Source of the DNA: Okamejei kenojei
Taxonomy: Eukaryota
Assembly (NCBI GenBank): GCA_035221665.1
Contig: CM069133.1
Location: 97,836,001-97,900,000 of the forward strand
Reading direction: 5' to 3'
Length of the DNA: 64,000 bases
Shown: one piece after another, positions 1-10,790 of the stretch
Layout: each line of letters opens with the position of its first letter
Position numbering within the stretch: position 1 is the first letter of the stretch
Notes under the pieces: model-generated
Databases searched by the model: none
What the model was told of the DNA's origin: nothing
Seen by the model: only the letters and a program-made list of their open reading frames with translations
Position numbers and translations under genes: made by a program

Positions 1-622
1 TGAGCCATGTCTCTGTGAAACACAAAGCATTCCCTCAGTTCCCTTTGGTAAAGCAGCCTTGCCATTAAGTCTGTACATTGGTCAGTAGGGTGGAAGGGAG
101 AGGGGGCCGAAGTCCCCTGCGCTTCAGTCTGAACTGAAGTCCTGCCCGTTGGCCAGGTTTCAGGACACAATGGAGGCCTCGCCATTGTTTCCAGGTACTG
201 CGCTTACTGTACCTGCTGTTTCTGCGAGCCTGCGCTGGAACGGGGATTCCCTTGCTGATGGTAGCTCCAGCTCCGTAGCGATCAGGAATTCCCTCACAGT
301 CGGCAGCTCTAGCTCCGTTGCTCCTGGGAGTGGGAGATCCTGCCCGTCGGCTCCAGAGGTCTTCCCAGTGTTTCCAAGTACAGTACCTGTGATCCTCAGT
401 CGGGTCGGTTGTTCTCCAGCGATCGAGGGAACGTTTGCAGTCCAGGACTCCCGCAGCTCCGGGAGATCGCGATATCGCTAGTGCCTTCAAGTGCACCAGC
501 AGCTTGTCCATTACGGCGCCAATTTCTGCCGTTTCTCTGTTCAAGGTGAGTTGATTGAAGTTATAAATAATCCTCTTCTGTTGAGCTGCTGACAAAATGT
601 CGCCACAGGCAGGCGCCATCTT
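1..622 (-). mobile_element. 5' portion of a Rex1/Babar-type LINE that continues beyond the left edge
   Basis: Similar to 22520-23150. It begins AAGATGGCGCC on the - strand and ends in the start of the APE endonuclease (PSTLLTNVQ ... FTETWL). Confidence 0.8.
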
Positions 623-869
623 TAACAGAGTGAAGCTTATTGACCAGTAGTGTATCACATGAGTCATTTCTGGGACTAGGATTTGGAATTTGAATATTAT
701 TGTGGCAGGTATGATTAGTGAGTTCCCAAATTAAATGATGAATTCCTGGTGTTATTGATAACAAAGAGAATAGTCTCAAGCTACAGGGTGATATTTGACA
801 GTCAGCAAAATCAGAGCAATGGAAGAAGGAATTTAATGCTGGTAAACGCAAGGTGATGTACTTTGGAAA

Positions 870-2810
870 AGAGATAAATAGAGAAGAATAGGGCCTCTCA
901 AAAAACCAACATGGTTATCTATGTATGGAGCTGCAGGAGGTGGACAAGGTCCTCAATAAATATTTATTCTCTGTTTTTATCGTTTGGAAAGGTATGAAGA
1001 CAAGGGACCATAGGAAAGATTATGGAGAGGTTTTGAGGACAGTCCATGTTATAATCGAGCAGGCGCTGGACATTGTAAGATTTAAAAGGGTGGATGTCCC
1101 CCATGCCTGGTAAGATATATGTAAGGACGTTGTGAGAAGCTAGGGAAGAATTCAAGCGTCCTGGATGAAATATGTGAATCATCATTAGACATGGATGAGG
1201 TGCCAAAAGGGTGGCTCTATTAAAAAAGGGGCTGCAAAGAAAAACTTGGGAACTAAGTAAGTCAAACATCTTAAGTAGGAAAATTACTGGAGAGGATTCT
1301 GAAGGATAAGATATACATGCCATTAGAAAGACACAAGCTAACTGTGGATACTCTACATGGTTTTGTGCATGGAAGATTGTGTCTCACAATTGTAATTGAG
1401 TTTTTTAAAGAAGTAACCATTGATGGGGGTGTCATGGACATAGTCTATATGGACTTCAGTAAAGTATTTTTGATGTTGGTTGGTAGGCTGCTCTAGGAGA
1501 TTAGATCGCAAGGTATCCAAGGATAGCTTACTAAATGGATACGGAATTATAGTAGGAATCAGATGGTGGTGGTGGTGGGAGGTTGGTTATTGGTCTGAAG
1601 GCCTGTGACTAGTGGTGTGTCTTAGGCATCAGTGCTGGGCACTTTGGTGTTTTATCAGCTACATCAAAAATTTAGATGAGACTGTACAAGACATGACTAG
1701 TAAGTTGCAGATGCAACAAACATAGGTGGTATCTTAGACAACGAAGATGGTTATCAAGAATTACAGTGGGATTTTGATCAGCTGGGCAATTGGACCATGG
1801 AATGTCCAGTGAGGTTTAGTTGAGATAAGTATTGGATTGTTGGAAGTCAAACCAAAGCAGGGCCATCGTAGTGAATGGTAGGGTCATGGGGAGTGTTGTA
1901 GAGCAGAGCGATTGAGGAGTACACACACATAGTTCTCTAAAACTGGCATCACAGATAAATAGGGTGGTGAGGAAGGCATGCTGACATTAATTGTTCAGGG
2001 AATTAAGTATAGAAGATGGGATATCATGTTATTGTTGTACAAGACATTTGGTGAAACTGCACATGGAATATTATGTTCAGTTTTGGACACCCTGCCACAG
2101 GAAAGATGCCATTAAGCTGGAAAGAGTGTGGAGACGATTCACGAGGATGTTGTCAAGATTGGCATACAGGACACTGAGGGGTAATATAGCAATGAGGAGA
2201 CTATGTAGAGTGAATACACAAAGTTTTTTTTTCTCAGGCCAGGGGGATCAAAAACTAGAGGCCATAAGTTTGTGAGAGAGGATAGATTTAATAGGAATGT
2301 GCAATGAGAATATTTTAAAACATTTGCACAGGTAAATGGATAGGAAAGGGTTGGAGCGATATGGGCCAACATGAGCAAATATAACTAGCTTAAATGCGGC
2401 AACTTAGTCAGTATGGGCAATTTGTCCCAAAGGGCCAGTTTCCACGTTACACAACTGTATTACTCTAAACTTATGAGGGACAAAGACAGGGTCGATAAAA
2501 GGAAAGTATTCCCCATTGCAGGTGTTTAAAACTAGGGAGCACAGGTTTAAGATAAAGGTTAAGTGAATTAGAGGGAATCTGATAAATATTTTTTTCACCC
2601 TAAAAGGTTGGTGGAACTGTGTACTCTAGCAATATTCATGTGGATGAGTGCTTGTATCAGCTCACCCATGCTGACCAAAGTGCCTCATCTTACCAAGGAA
2701 ACGTGGGCTTTGGATCAGGTGGTGGTAAATGCGATTAATATAGTTGGTAGTTGATGTTCGACATTATTATGATGGGCCTGTTTCTGCATTGTTTAATTCC
2801 ATGAACATAT
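870..2810 (+). mobile_element. Old, degraded CR1/HER1 LINE ORF2 and 3' remnants
   Basis: Fragments such as VYMDFSK and EYYVQFWTP...LERVWRRFTRML, plus CR1 3' UTR motifs (gggccagtttccac). Confidence 0.75.
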
Positions 2811-2866
2811 GCTGAATTTGTGATAGCGTAAACACAACCAAGATATGTCAGATAGATTCCTAGAAT

Positions 2867-3727
2867 TAGATTAGATTAGATTAGATTCCTTTATTGTCAT
2901 TCAGACCTTTCGGTCTGAATGAAATTGTTACCATACAGTCATAACATATAATTTAAAAAAAAAAAAAACATACCATAAACACATATCCAATATCCACCAC
3001 AATGGGTTCACCAGGCACCTCCTCACTGTGGTGGAAGGCAAAAGTCTTAAGTCATTGTCTTCATCCCTCCTAGTTCTCCCTCTGCGCTGAGGCGATTCAG
3101 GCCTCCGACGCCGCTGGAGCACCGCAGCTCTAAGCTGGATCGCCGCCGCCGCTGGAGCACCGCAGCTCAAAGCTGGACCGCTGCCGCCGCTGGAGCACCA
3201 CAGCTCCAAACCAGGCCGCCGCCGCCGCTGGAGCACCGCAGCTCTAAGCTGGGCCACCGCCGCCGCTGGAGCACCGCAGCTCTAAGCTGGGGCCGCCGCC
3301 GCTGGAGCAACGCAGCTCTAAGCTGGGCCGCCGCCACTGGAGCACCGCAGCTCTAAGCTGGGCCGCCGCCGCCGCTGGAGCAACGCAGCTCTAAGCTGGG
3401 CCGCCGCCGCCGCTGGAGCACCGCAGCTCTAAGCTGGGCCGCCGCCGCCGCGCCGCTCTAAGCTGGGCCGCCGCCGCCGCTGGAGCACCGCAGCTCCAAA
3501 CCAGGCCGCCGCCACAGCTCCGCCATTAGGCCTCGGCACAGATGGTGACAGGGGACACGCATCCCCCCGAAGGGTGAGACTAAAACTCTGTTTCTCCCAC
3601 CCCCCCCCCCCCCTCCCCCCATACACAACCTAATAAAACAAAGTTCTACTAACAAACACTAGAAGACAACAAAAAAATAAAAAAACAGACGGACTGCAGG
3701 TGAGCCGCAGCTGCCAGCCAGCGGAGC
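2867..3727 (-). mobile_element. Non-autonomous retroposon with (TCTAA)n tail and internal GC-rich VNTR
   Basis: The - strand ends in AATAAA followed by (TCTAA)n, like the Rex1 tails in this window. There is no RT ORF. The centre is a tandem array. Confidence 0.55.
3105..3520. repeat. GC-rich minisatellite, unit about 30-35 bp (GCCGCCGCCGCTGGAGCACCGCAGCTCTAAGCTGG), roughly 12 copies
   Basis: Tandem units are directly visible, with a variable number of GCC triplets. Confidence 0.9.
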
Positions 3728-3747
3728 ACAGAATAGTAGGACTGTTT

Positions 3748-5620
3748 CAAGTCAAGTCAACTTTATTTGTCACATACACATACAAGATGTGCAGTGAAAT
3801 GAAAGTGGCAATGCCTGCGGATTGTGCAAAATCTACAGAACAGAATAGAACAGAATCAGTATTTACATGTTAGAAAATAATTTTTTACAAAAGACACAAC
3901 ACAACAGTAAATTAGTACAGTAAATTAGTCCCTGGTGAGATAAGAGTTTACAGTCCTGATGGCCTGTGGGAAGAAACTCAATCTCACCCTCTCTGTTTTC
4001 ACAGCATGACAGCGGAGGCGTTTGCCTGACCGTAGCAGATGGAACAGTCTGTTGCTGGGGTGGTAGGGGTCCCCCATAATGTTGCTGGCTCTGGATCTGC
4101 ACCTCCTGGTGTGCAGGTCCTGCAGGGGGACAAGTGTAGTTCCCATAGTGCGTTCAGCCAAACGCACTACTCTCTGCAGAGCCTTCCTGTCCTGGGCAGA
4201 GCTGTTCCCAAACCAGTTTTTGATGTTGCCGGACAAGATGCTTTCTACAGCCCCAGAGTAGAAACACTGAAGGATTCTCAGAGAGACTCTGAATTTCCTC
4301 AGGTGCCTGAGGTGATAAAGGCGCTGTCTTGCCTTAGTCACCACTGCGGCAGTGTGTGTTGTCCATGTCAGATCCTCTGTGATGTGAACTCCCAGGTATT
4401 TAAAGCTGCCCACCCTATCCACAGTAGTCACATTTATCTCCAGTGGTGTGTACGTCCTCGGATGTTGTGCCCTTCTAGAGTCCACAATCAGCTCCTTAGT
4501 TTTAGTGACATTCAAGAGGAGGCTGTTGTTCTGACACCAGAGTGCCAGATCAGCCACCTCCTCCCGGTAGGCCCTCTCATCATTATCGGAGATCAGGCCC
4601 ACCACCACAGTGTCATCAGCAAACTTGATGATGGAGTTGGAGCTGAACCTGGCCACACAGTCATGTGTGTACAGGAGTACAGCTGCAACTCTGGGGGGAT
4701 TCTGTGTTCAGGCAGAGATGCCAATCGCCGTATTTTATCCCGGCGAAATAAACTTTTTAACGGTGTTGCCAAACATGCTGTTGAACACCGCCGCGCCGTG
4801 TTCCTCCCGTGGTGAACACCGGCGCCATGTGTCCCCGGCTTGGCACTTTGCCGGGCCTAGTGTCCGCGCCTGCGCAGTGCGGGCAGTGCGCTTAGATCAA
4901 GCGGCACTTTCTTGCGCCAGCCGGCCGCTTCCCCCCACCCCCACCCAGTGCGCAGGCGCAGACCCGCCGGCAAACTTGCAAAGTGCGCATGTGCCGCACC
5001 CGCCCGCCGGCAATCTGCACCAGTGCGCAGGCGCATAGCCGCCGGCAACAACCCCAGGTGAGTTTGTTACGGAGAGAAATGCATTTAACCCCATTTGTTA
5101 CGGACAAATGGGTTAAATGTTACTGTGAACTAAATTTAGGGTTGGCATCTGTGTTCAGGATGAGGGGGTTGGATGTATGTCTCCCCATCTTGACCACCTA
5201 GGGCCTGGTGCTGAGAAAGCCCAGGACCCAGGCACACAGGGGAGTGTTAAGCCCCAGTTTCAGCAACTTCTCAGCCAGTCTAGTGGGGACTATCATATTA
5301 AAAGCTGAGCTGAAGTCTATGAACAGCATCCTCACATAGCCCCCCTTCTGGCTGTCAGGGTGAGAGAGCGCTGTGTGCAGAACCTGGGAGACAGCATCAT
5401 CCATGGATCTGTTCAGACGGTATGCGAACTGCAGCGGGTCCATGTTGCGAGGGAGGAAGGCGCAGATGTGGTTCTTGATCAGCTTCTTGAAGCATTTCAT
5501 GACTACCGAGGTGAGGGCCACAGGTCGGTAGTCATTCAAGCAGGCTGGAGATGCATTATTTGGCACTGGAACAATGGTGAATCTTTTGAAGTAGGCAGGG
5601 ACCAGGGACTTGGCCAGTGA
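3748..5620 (-). mobile_element. 5'-truncated Rex1/Babar LINE (RT and C-terminus), interrupted by a MITE
   Basis: ORFs contain [40 protein letters not shown] and IIKFADDTVVVGLI. A (TTGAC)n tail lies at 3748-3760. Confidence 0.9.
4713..5151. mobile_element. hAT-type MITE inserted in the Rex1 RT
   Basis: TIRs CAGAGATGCCAA / TTGGCATCTG and a perfect 8-bp TSD, TGTTCAGG (4705-4712 and 5152-5159). Confidence 0.85.
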
Positions 5621-5869
5621 GAGGTTGCTTATGAATAATAAGTAGACTCTGCCAACACTATATTGATTTTCAAAGAATGAGGGAGATATCATTGAAACTG
5701 GAAACATCGATACAGTGGAGGCAGGGTATTTCCATTGGCTGGACCGCAGACTCAAAATAAGTGGTCAGTCATTTAGAACTGAAAAGAGAAGAAATTTCTT
5801 CACCAGAGTGAATCTATAATTCTCTACCAAAGACGTCCTCTGGAGACTCAGACTTTGAATACATTCTTG

Positions 5870-6100
5870 AAACATAGAAAATAGGCGCAGGAGTAGGCCA
5901 TTCAGCCCTTCAAGCCAGCACCATTCAATATGATCATGGCTGATCGTCAAAAATCAGTACCACATTCCTGCTTTCTCCCAATATCCCTTGATTCTGTTAG
6001 CCCCAAGAGCTATATCTAACACTCTCTTGAAAACATCCAGTGAATTGGCTCCACTGCCTTCTGCGGCAGAGAATTCCACAGATTCACAACTCTCCAGGTG
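5870..6100 (-). mobile_element. CR1/HER1 3' fragment inserted in an older + strand CR1 remnant (about 5660-6240)
   Basis: GAAACATAGAAA tail and the standard HER1 3' UTR; the host CR1 3' sequence continues on both sides. Confidence 0.75.
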
Positions 6101-6316
6101 TTCTAGATAGATTTTATTAAAATAATTATGGGATATAGGTTATTGCAGGAAAATGGTGCTGAGGTATAAAACCTAGTTGGTCTTGTTCAGTAGTAGAATA
6201 AATATGCAAGGCTGAATGGTCTGTTCCTGCATTTGCTTTTTGTGTTCTTGTGTTGACGGCTGTATTTATGTTCTCACATGTTGTAGCAAAAGTGCAGCAA
6301 TGACTTGATCTATACA

Positions 6317-6690
6317 CAGGGCTGCCAACATTGGGTGAGAGTTGGGAGTGAGAAATTGTGAGAGACTAAGCCCGAGGGAGCATAGCGACATAGTGGGGGG
6401 GGGGAGGATCTGGGAGGGGGGGTGTCCTCCCTCCCATTGGTACAGAGCCTTTGCATTTTTCAGCTTGAAATTGTGCAATCTGGTGCATACTGTAGCGAGT
6501 CTTTTAACTCACACTTGAATGCAATATTTATGCTTTAAATTGGATTAGCTATGAATAAAGTTAGGCTAAATTACATTCCTAATTACATTCCACAATAGTG
6601 CTAGGCTCAGATCAACAGGTGCAGCACATGAATGATCTTAGTGCATCCATGTATGAAAATCAGATTATAATCAAGCACTTGGCACATGTT
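6317..6690. mobile_element. Truncated hAT-like MITE
   Basis: Starts CAGGGCTGCCAAC, a hAT-like terminus resembling that of the 4713 element. The right end is not clearly defined. Confidence 0.45.
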
Positions 6691-8440
6691 GACCAACCTG
6701 GGTCTGACTGCACACCTGGTACAACTCCTGACCCTGACTCCAGTTGCATACCTTCTTTCATTCGTGACCCTGAGTTCAGCCTTACACCTGGTCCCCTATT
6801 CTACCCTGATCATAGCTGCTTACCTGCTTAGGTTCCCAGTGCTGAACACTCCCATTGTCCCAGCTTTGACCACACCAAGTACTATTCCAGACCTTGACTC
6901 TAAGTGCAGACTTGGCCTTGCTTCTATCCCCTCTGCACTGACAATATATCTGGCCCACACATAAAGCTCCATTTCTGAACCCCCGGAATTAACCTATTAC
7001 GTTCAAGTCCACAGGTGATTATCTAATGCGGTAATCTTTTATGGGGCACTTCACAGACCAAATTTTGGATTAAATATTTTGCTACATCCATTGGCTACCT
7101 TGTTAACAAAGAAGTCAGCAAACAATTTCTCATCCATATATTATACTCACTTAGCTATATAAGTATTCTGTTACCATTTCCTTCATTTTCCTAACAAACT
7201 GTCCTGAAGTCATTTTCACCCCCAATATGTTCAGTATTTTGCTGTCTTCCTCTCAGCTAGGACTTTTCCGAAATGCAAAGTCCAATAACTATATATTTAA
7301 GCAATAATATTCTATTTAATGTGATCTTGAGAGTACATAATATTTTCTGTGGTATTTATAACACAACAATGATAAAAATATCTTTGTTTTGATTGCACCT
7401 ACCAACATGCATACATTATTATATTACAGTTAATATGTACCGAGGGAAATTTTTTGTTCCAATGTTCCCCATGCCCAATTACTTTTACATTGAAGTTATT
7501 AAAATCCAAGTGACGTTTAAATGGCATCAGTAAAATAAAACATCCGGAATGGATGATATCCATTACGTGGTTGGTTGGAGACAGTATCGGCACAATTACT
7601 TTGAATCTTCGGATGTCCTGGTTCAAGCTAAAACTAGAGACAAATAATAACCTCCTCACGCATTCCCCTGCAAGTATCTCTGTCACTTCTTTAAAATATG
7701 CCCCTTCTTTGAACAAGCTCTTAAACATTGCATCAGAATCAGTTTCTATCTGATTACACTCCTTGAGGATGTTCATCTAAGTGTTCAATTAATAAAACAA
7801 CGAGATTAGGGACATTTCTATTCAACCTGTCAAAGGAATTTGGGGGGGGTGGGTTAGAAATAGTCAGTGAGGTAAACAAACATAATAGTTGAGTGGCAAA
7901 TGACAATAGTGCTACCTTCCCAATATGTAACTTAAATAAATAATGGGTTATCGGGGCTGTATGTTGTGACAGGCAGCCTGACACCTTGCATGTCATTTTA
8001 ATATTACACTTATCCCATTCCCCCTGGATATTCCGGATTAATAAATTAAGGTTTTGTCAACTAATTACAAATCAGGCTAATTACAAATCAATAACATTGG
8101 CCAACTCCGAAACACGAAGCACTGAGCATTGGGAACCAGACATCATGGACAACTGGCCTCAGTTCCCCACTCATATCTGGCAGTGCTCTCAGTCTGAGCC
8201 AGGGGCCGCGAAGCATTTTTGAGTGGGGGGCTGAGCGGTCACTGATCACTCGCCTTGGGGGTACCCAGTGAGGGAGTGGAGTGACTGAGTAGGGGAGGGT
8301 GTGGGAGGGGGTTGCCCACCCCCCCCCCCCCTCCCACTGTAGGGACTTTTTGAAATTGGATGTATTAAAATCATGTTTTAGTGCATTGTAGATGATTTCC
8401 ATTTTTTTTGTTTGAAGTATTTTTAAGAGGTAACTTTTTT

Positions 8441-8703
8441 AGAAACATAGAGAAACATAGAAACATAGAAATTAGGTGCAGGAGTAGGCCATTCAGCCCT
8501 TCGAGCCTGCACCGCCATTCAATATGATCATGGTTGATCATCCAACTCAGTATCCCGTACCTGCCTTCTCTCCATACCCTCTGATCCCCTTAGCCACAAG
8601 GGCCACATCCAACTCACTCTTAAATATAGCCAATGAACTGGCCTCAACTACCCTCTGTGGCAGAGAGTTCCAGAGACTCACCACTCTCTGTGTGAACTCT
8701 CTT
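8441..8703 (-). mobile_element. Young CR1/HER1 3' fragment with a TSD of about 20 bp
   Basis: (AGAAACAT)n tail. TTTTAAG[A/G]GGTAACTTTTTT occurs at 8421-8440 and 8704-8723. It is a near-identical inverted copy of 9470-9725. Confidence 0.9.
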
Positions 8704-8930
8704 TTTTAAGGGGTAACTTTTTTCACACAAAGGGTGGTGGGTGTATGGAACAAGCTGCCAGAGGAGGTAGTTGAGGCAGGGACTATCCCAACATTTAAGA
8801 AACAGTTAGACTGATACATGGACAGGTTTGGAGGGATATGGACCAAAAGCAGGAAGTGTAGCTGGGACATGTTGGTGGGTGTGGGCAAGTTCGGCCGAAG
8901 GTCCTGTTTTCACACTGTATCACTCTATGA
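8704..8930 (+). mobile_element. Older CR1 3' end, host of the 8441 insertion
   Basis: FFTQRVVGVWNKLPEEVVEAG-like coding and a cctgttttcacactgtatcactctatgac tail. Confidence 0.8.
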
Positions 8931-9003
8931 CTACATTATACCTCCACCATGCATGAATGCTTCAAGCTCAAGTGGTCGAGTTTTATTGCCATATATTCAA
9001 GCG

Positions 9004-9990
9004 TAGAAACATAGAAATAGGTGCAGGAATAGGCCATTCGGTCCTTCGAGCCAACACTGCCATTCATATGATCATGGCTGGCTGATTCATAGCAAAAGGA
9101 TTTGAGTACAGGAGCAGGGAGGTTCTACTTCAGTTGTACAGGGTCTTGGTGAGACCACACCTGGAGTATTGCGTGCAGTTTTGGTCTCCAAATCTGAGGA
9201 AGGACATTATTGCCATAGAGGGAGTGCAGAGAAGGTTCACCAGACTGATTCCTGGGATGTCAGGACTGTCTTATGAAGAAAGACTGGATAGACTTGGTTT
9301 ATACTCTCTGGAATTTAGGAGATTAAGAGGGGATCTTATAGAAACTTACAAAATTCTTAAGGGGTTGGACAGGCTAGATGCAGGAAGATTGTTCCCGATG
9401 TTGGGGAAGTCCAGGACAAGGGGTCACAGCTTAAGGATAAGGGGGAAATCCTTTAAGACCGAGATGAGAAAGACTTTCTTCACACAGAGAGTGGTGAGTC
9501 TCTGGAACTCTCTGCCACAGAGGGTAGTTGAGGCCAGTTCATTGGCTATATTTAAGAGTGAGTTGGATGTGGCCCTTGTGGCTAAGGGGATCAGAGGGTA
9601 TGGAGAGAAGGCAGGTACGGGATACTGAGTTGGATGATCAGCCATGATCATATTGAATGGCGGTGCAGGCTCGAAGGGCTGAATGGCCTACTCCTGCACC
9701 TAATTTCTATGTTTCTATGTTTCTATGGCTGTTCATCTAAAATCAGTACCTTTCCTGTTTTTCCCCATATCCCTTGATTTCGCTAGCCCCAAGAGCTTAA
9801 TGTAAGTCTCTCTTGAAAACATACAGTGAATTGGCCTCCACTGCCTTCTGTGGCAGAGAATTCCACAGATTCACAACTCTCTGGATGGAGAAAGTTTGTC
9901 GTCATCTCAGTCCTAAATGGCCTACCCCTTATTCTTAAACTGTGACCCCTGGTTCTGAACTCCTTCAACATCAGGAACAATTTTCCTGCA
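9004..9990 (-). mobile_element. CR1/HER1 3' fragment split by a younger CR1
   Basis: Tail at 9004-9020; the sequence resumes at about 9728. It encodes RTRGHSLRIRGRPFRTEM. Confidence 0.8.
9081..9727 (+). mobile_element. Young 5'-truncated CR1/HER1 LINE
   Basis: Uninterrupted ORF2 C-terminus (YRVLVRPHLEYCVQFWSP...GYGEKAGTGY), (TTTCTATG)n tail, and ATGGCTG duplicated at both junctions. Confidence 0.92.
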
Positions 9991-10088
9991 GTTACAGGAA
10001 GTAAAAATCTATCAGGCATGCTTTCTCCAACCACCCCCATTTGAAGGCCACTATCTTCCATCGCTTCTACCCAGTGCTTGGTACCTAC

Positions 10089-10250
10089 TTCCTGCAGCCA
10101 CTGGTTGTCCTCCAGGATGCACCGGGCCGCAGCCTGGTCCATGCCGGTCACCAGCACCAGGGCAAATTCGGCACAGAGACTCTCACGGCAGCGGCGCGAC
10201 GCTTCAGATGCCTCTGACGGCCCGGGACTCTTGCACTGAGGCTGCTCCAT
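10089..10250 (-). pseudogene. TDP2: TDP2-like exon 1 copy (N-terminal UBA-like domain) with its splice donor retained
   Basis: Strong Kozak context CCGGCCATGG at 10250. RRCRESLCAEFALVLVTGMDQAAARCILEDNQWLQE resembles human TDP2 KKRRLLCVEFASVASCDAAVAQCFLAENDWEME (recalled). A GTAGGT donor at 10088-10083 follows WLQE. The segment is locally GC/CpG-rich. Confidence 0.7.
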
Positions 10251-10317
10251 GGCCGGAGCTGCAGTGAGCGACTCGCCAGCCCCACAAACACTTGCCAGCC
10301 ATGCCTCCCCGTCCACA

Positions 10318-10790
10318 ATGAATGTTCACAATCTTTTCCTAGGGTAGAGGATTCTAAAACTAGAAGGCAGAGGCTTAAGGTATCAGGGGAGAGATTTAAG
10401 AGGGACCTCGGGCAATATTTTCACTAAAACGATAGTGAAATTTGACCCACCAAATTGTAATTCCTCACTGTCAGAGTTAACTTCAATTTAGCAATCTTTG
10501 ACCCATCTTCCCAACTGATTATATCTTGTTGTAAACTAAGAAATGCCTCATCACTTTCCACTATACCATCAATTTTGGTGTCACCTACAAGCTTACTAAC
10601 AAAGTTAACTACATTGTCATCCAAATCGTTAATGTATATAAAAAACAGCCGTGCCCTAGTAACGACTCCTACAGTGTTCCACTGGTAACAAACAGAAAAA
10701 CAAGGATCCACATCGACTCTTTGACTCCTTCCTCTGAGCCAATTTTGAATCAAATTGGGTAACTTACCTAGGATTCCATATCATTTAATG
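10318..10790. mobile_element. Old CR1 fragments (+ strand 10318-10420; - strand 10424-10790)
   Basis: WIQNWL...LFFIYINDLDDNVVNFVSKLVGDTK is a degenerate CR1 RT core. Confidence 0.75.

Noticed and set aside
3105-3520. CRISPR-like array of about 32-bp repeats
   Set aside because: The units are contiguous with no unique spacers, the context is eukaryotic and there are no cas genes; it is a minisatellite.
4039-4815. 258-aa + strand ORF and similar ORFs (21997-22410, 47289-47732)
   Set aside because: These are antisense shadows of Rex1 coding sequence.
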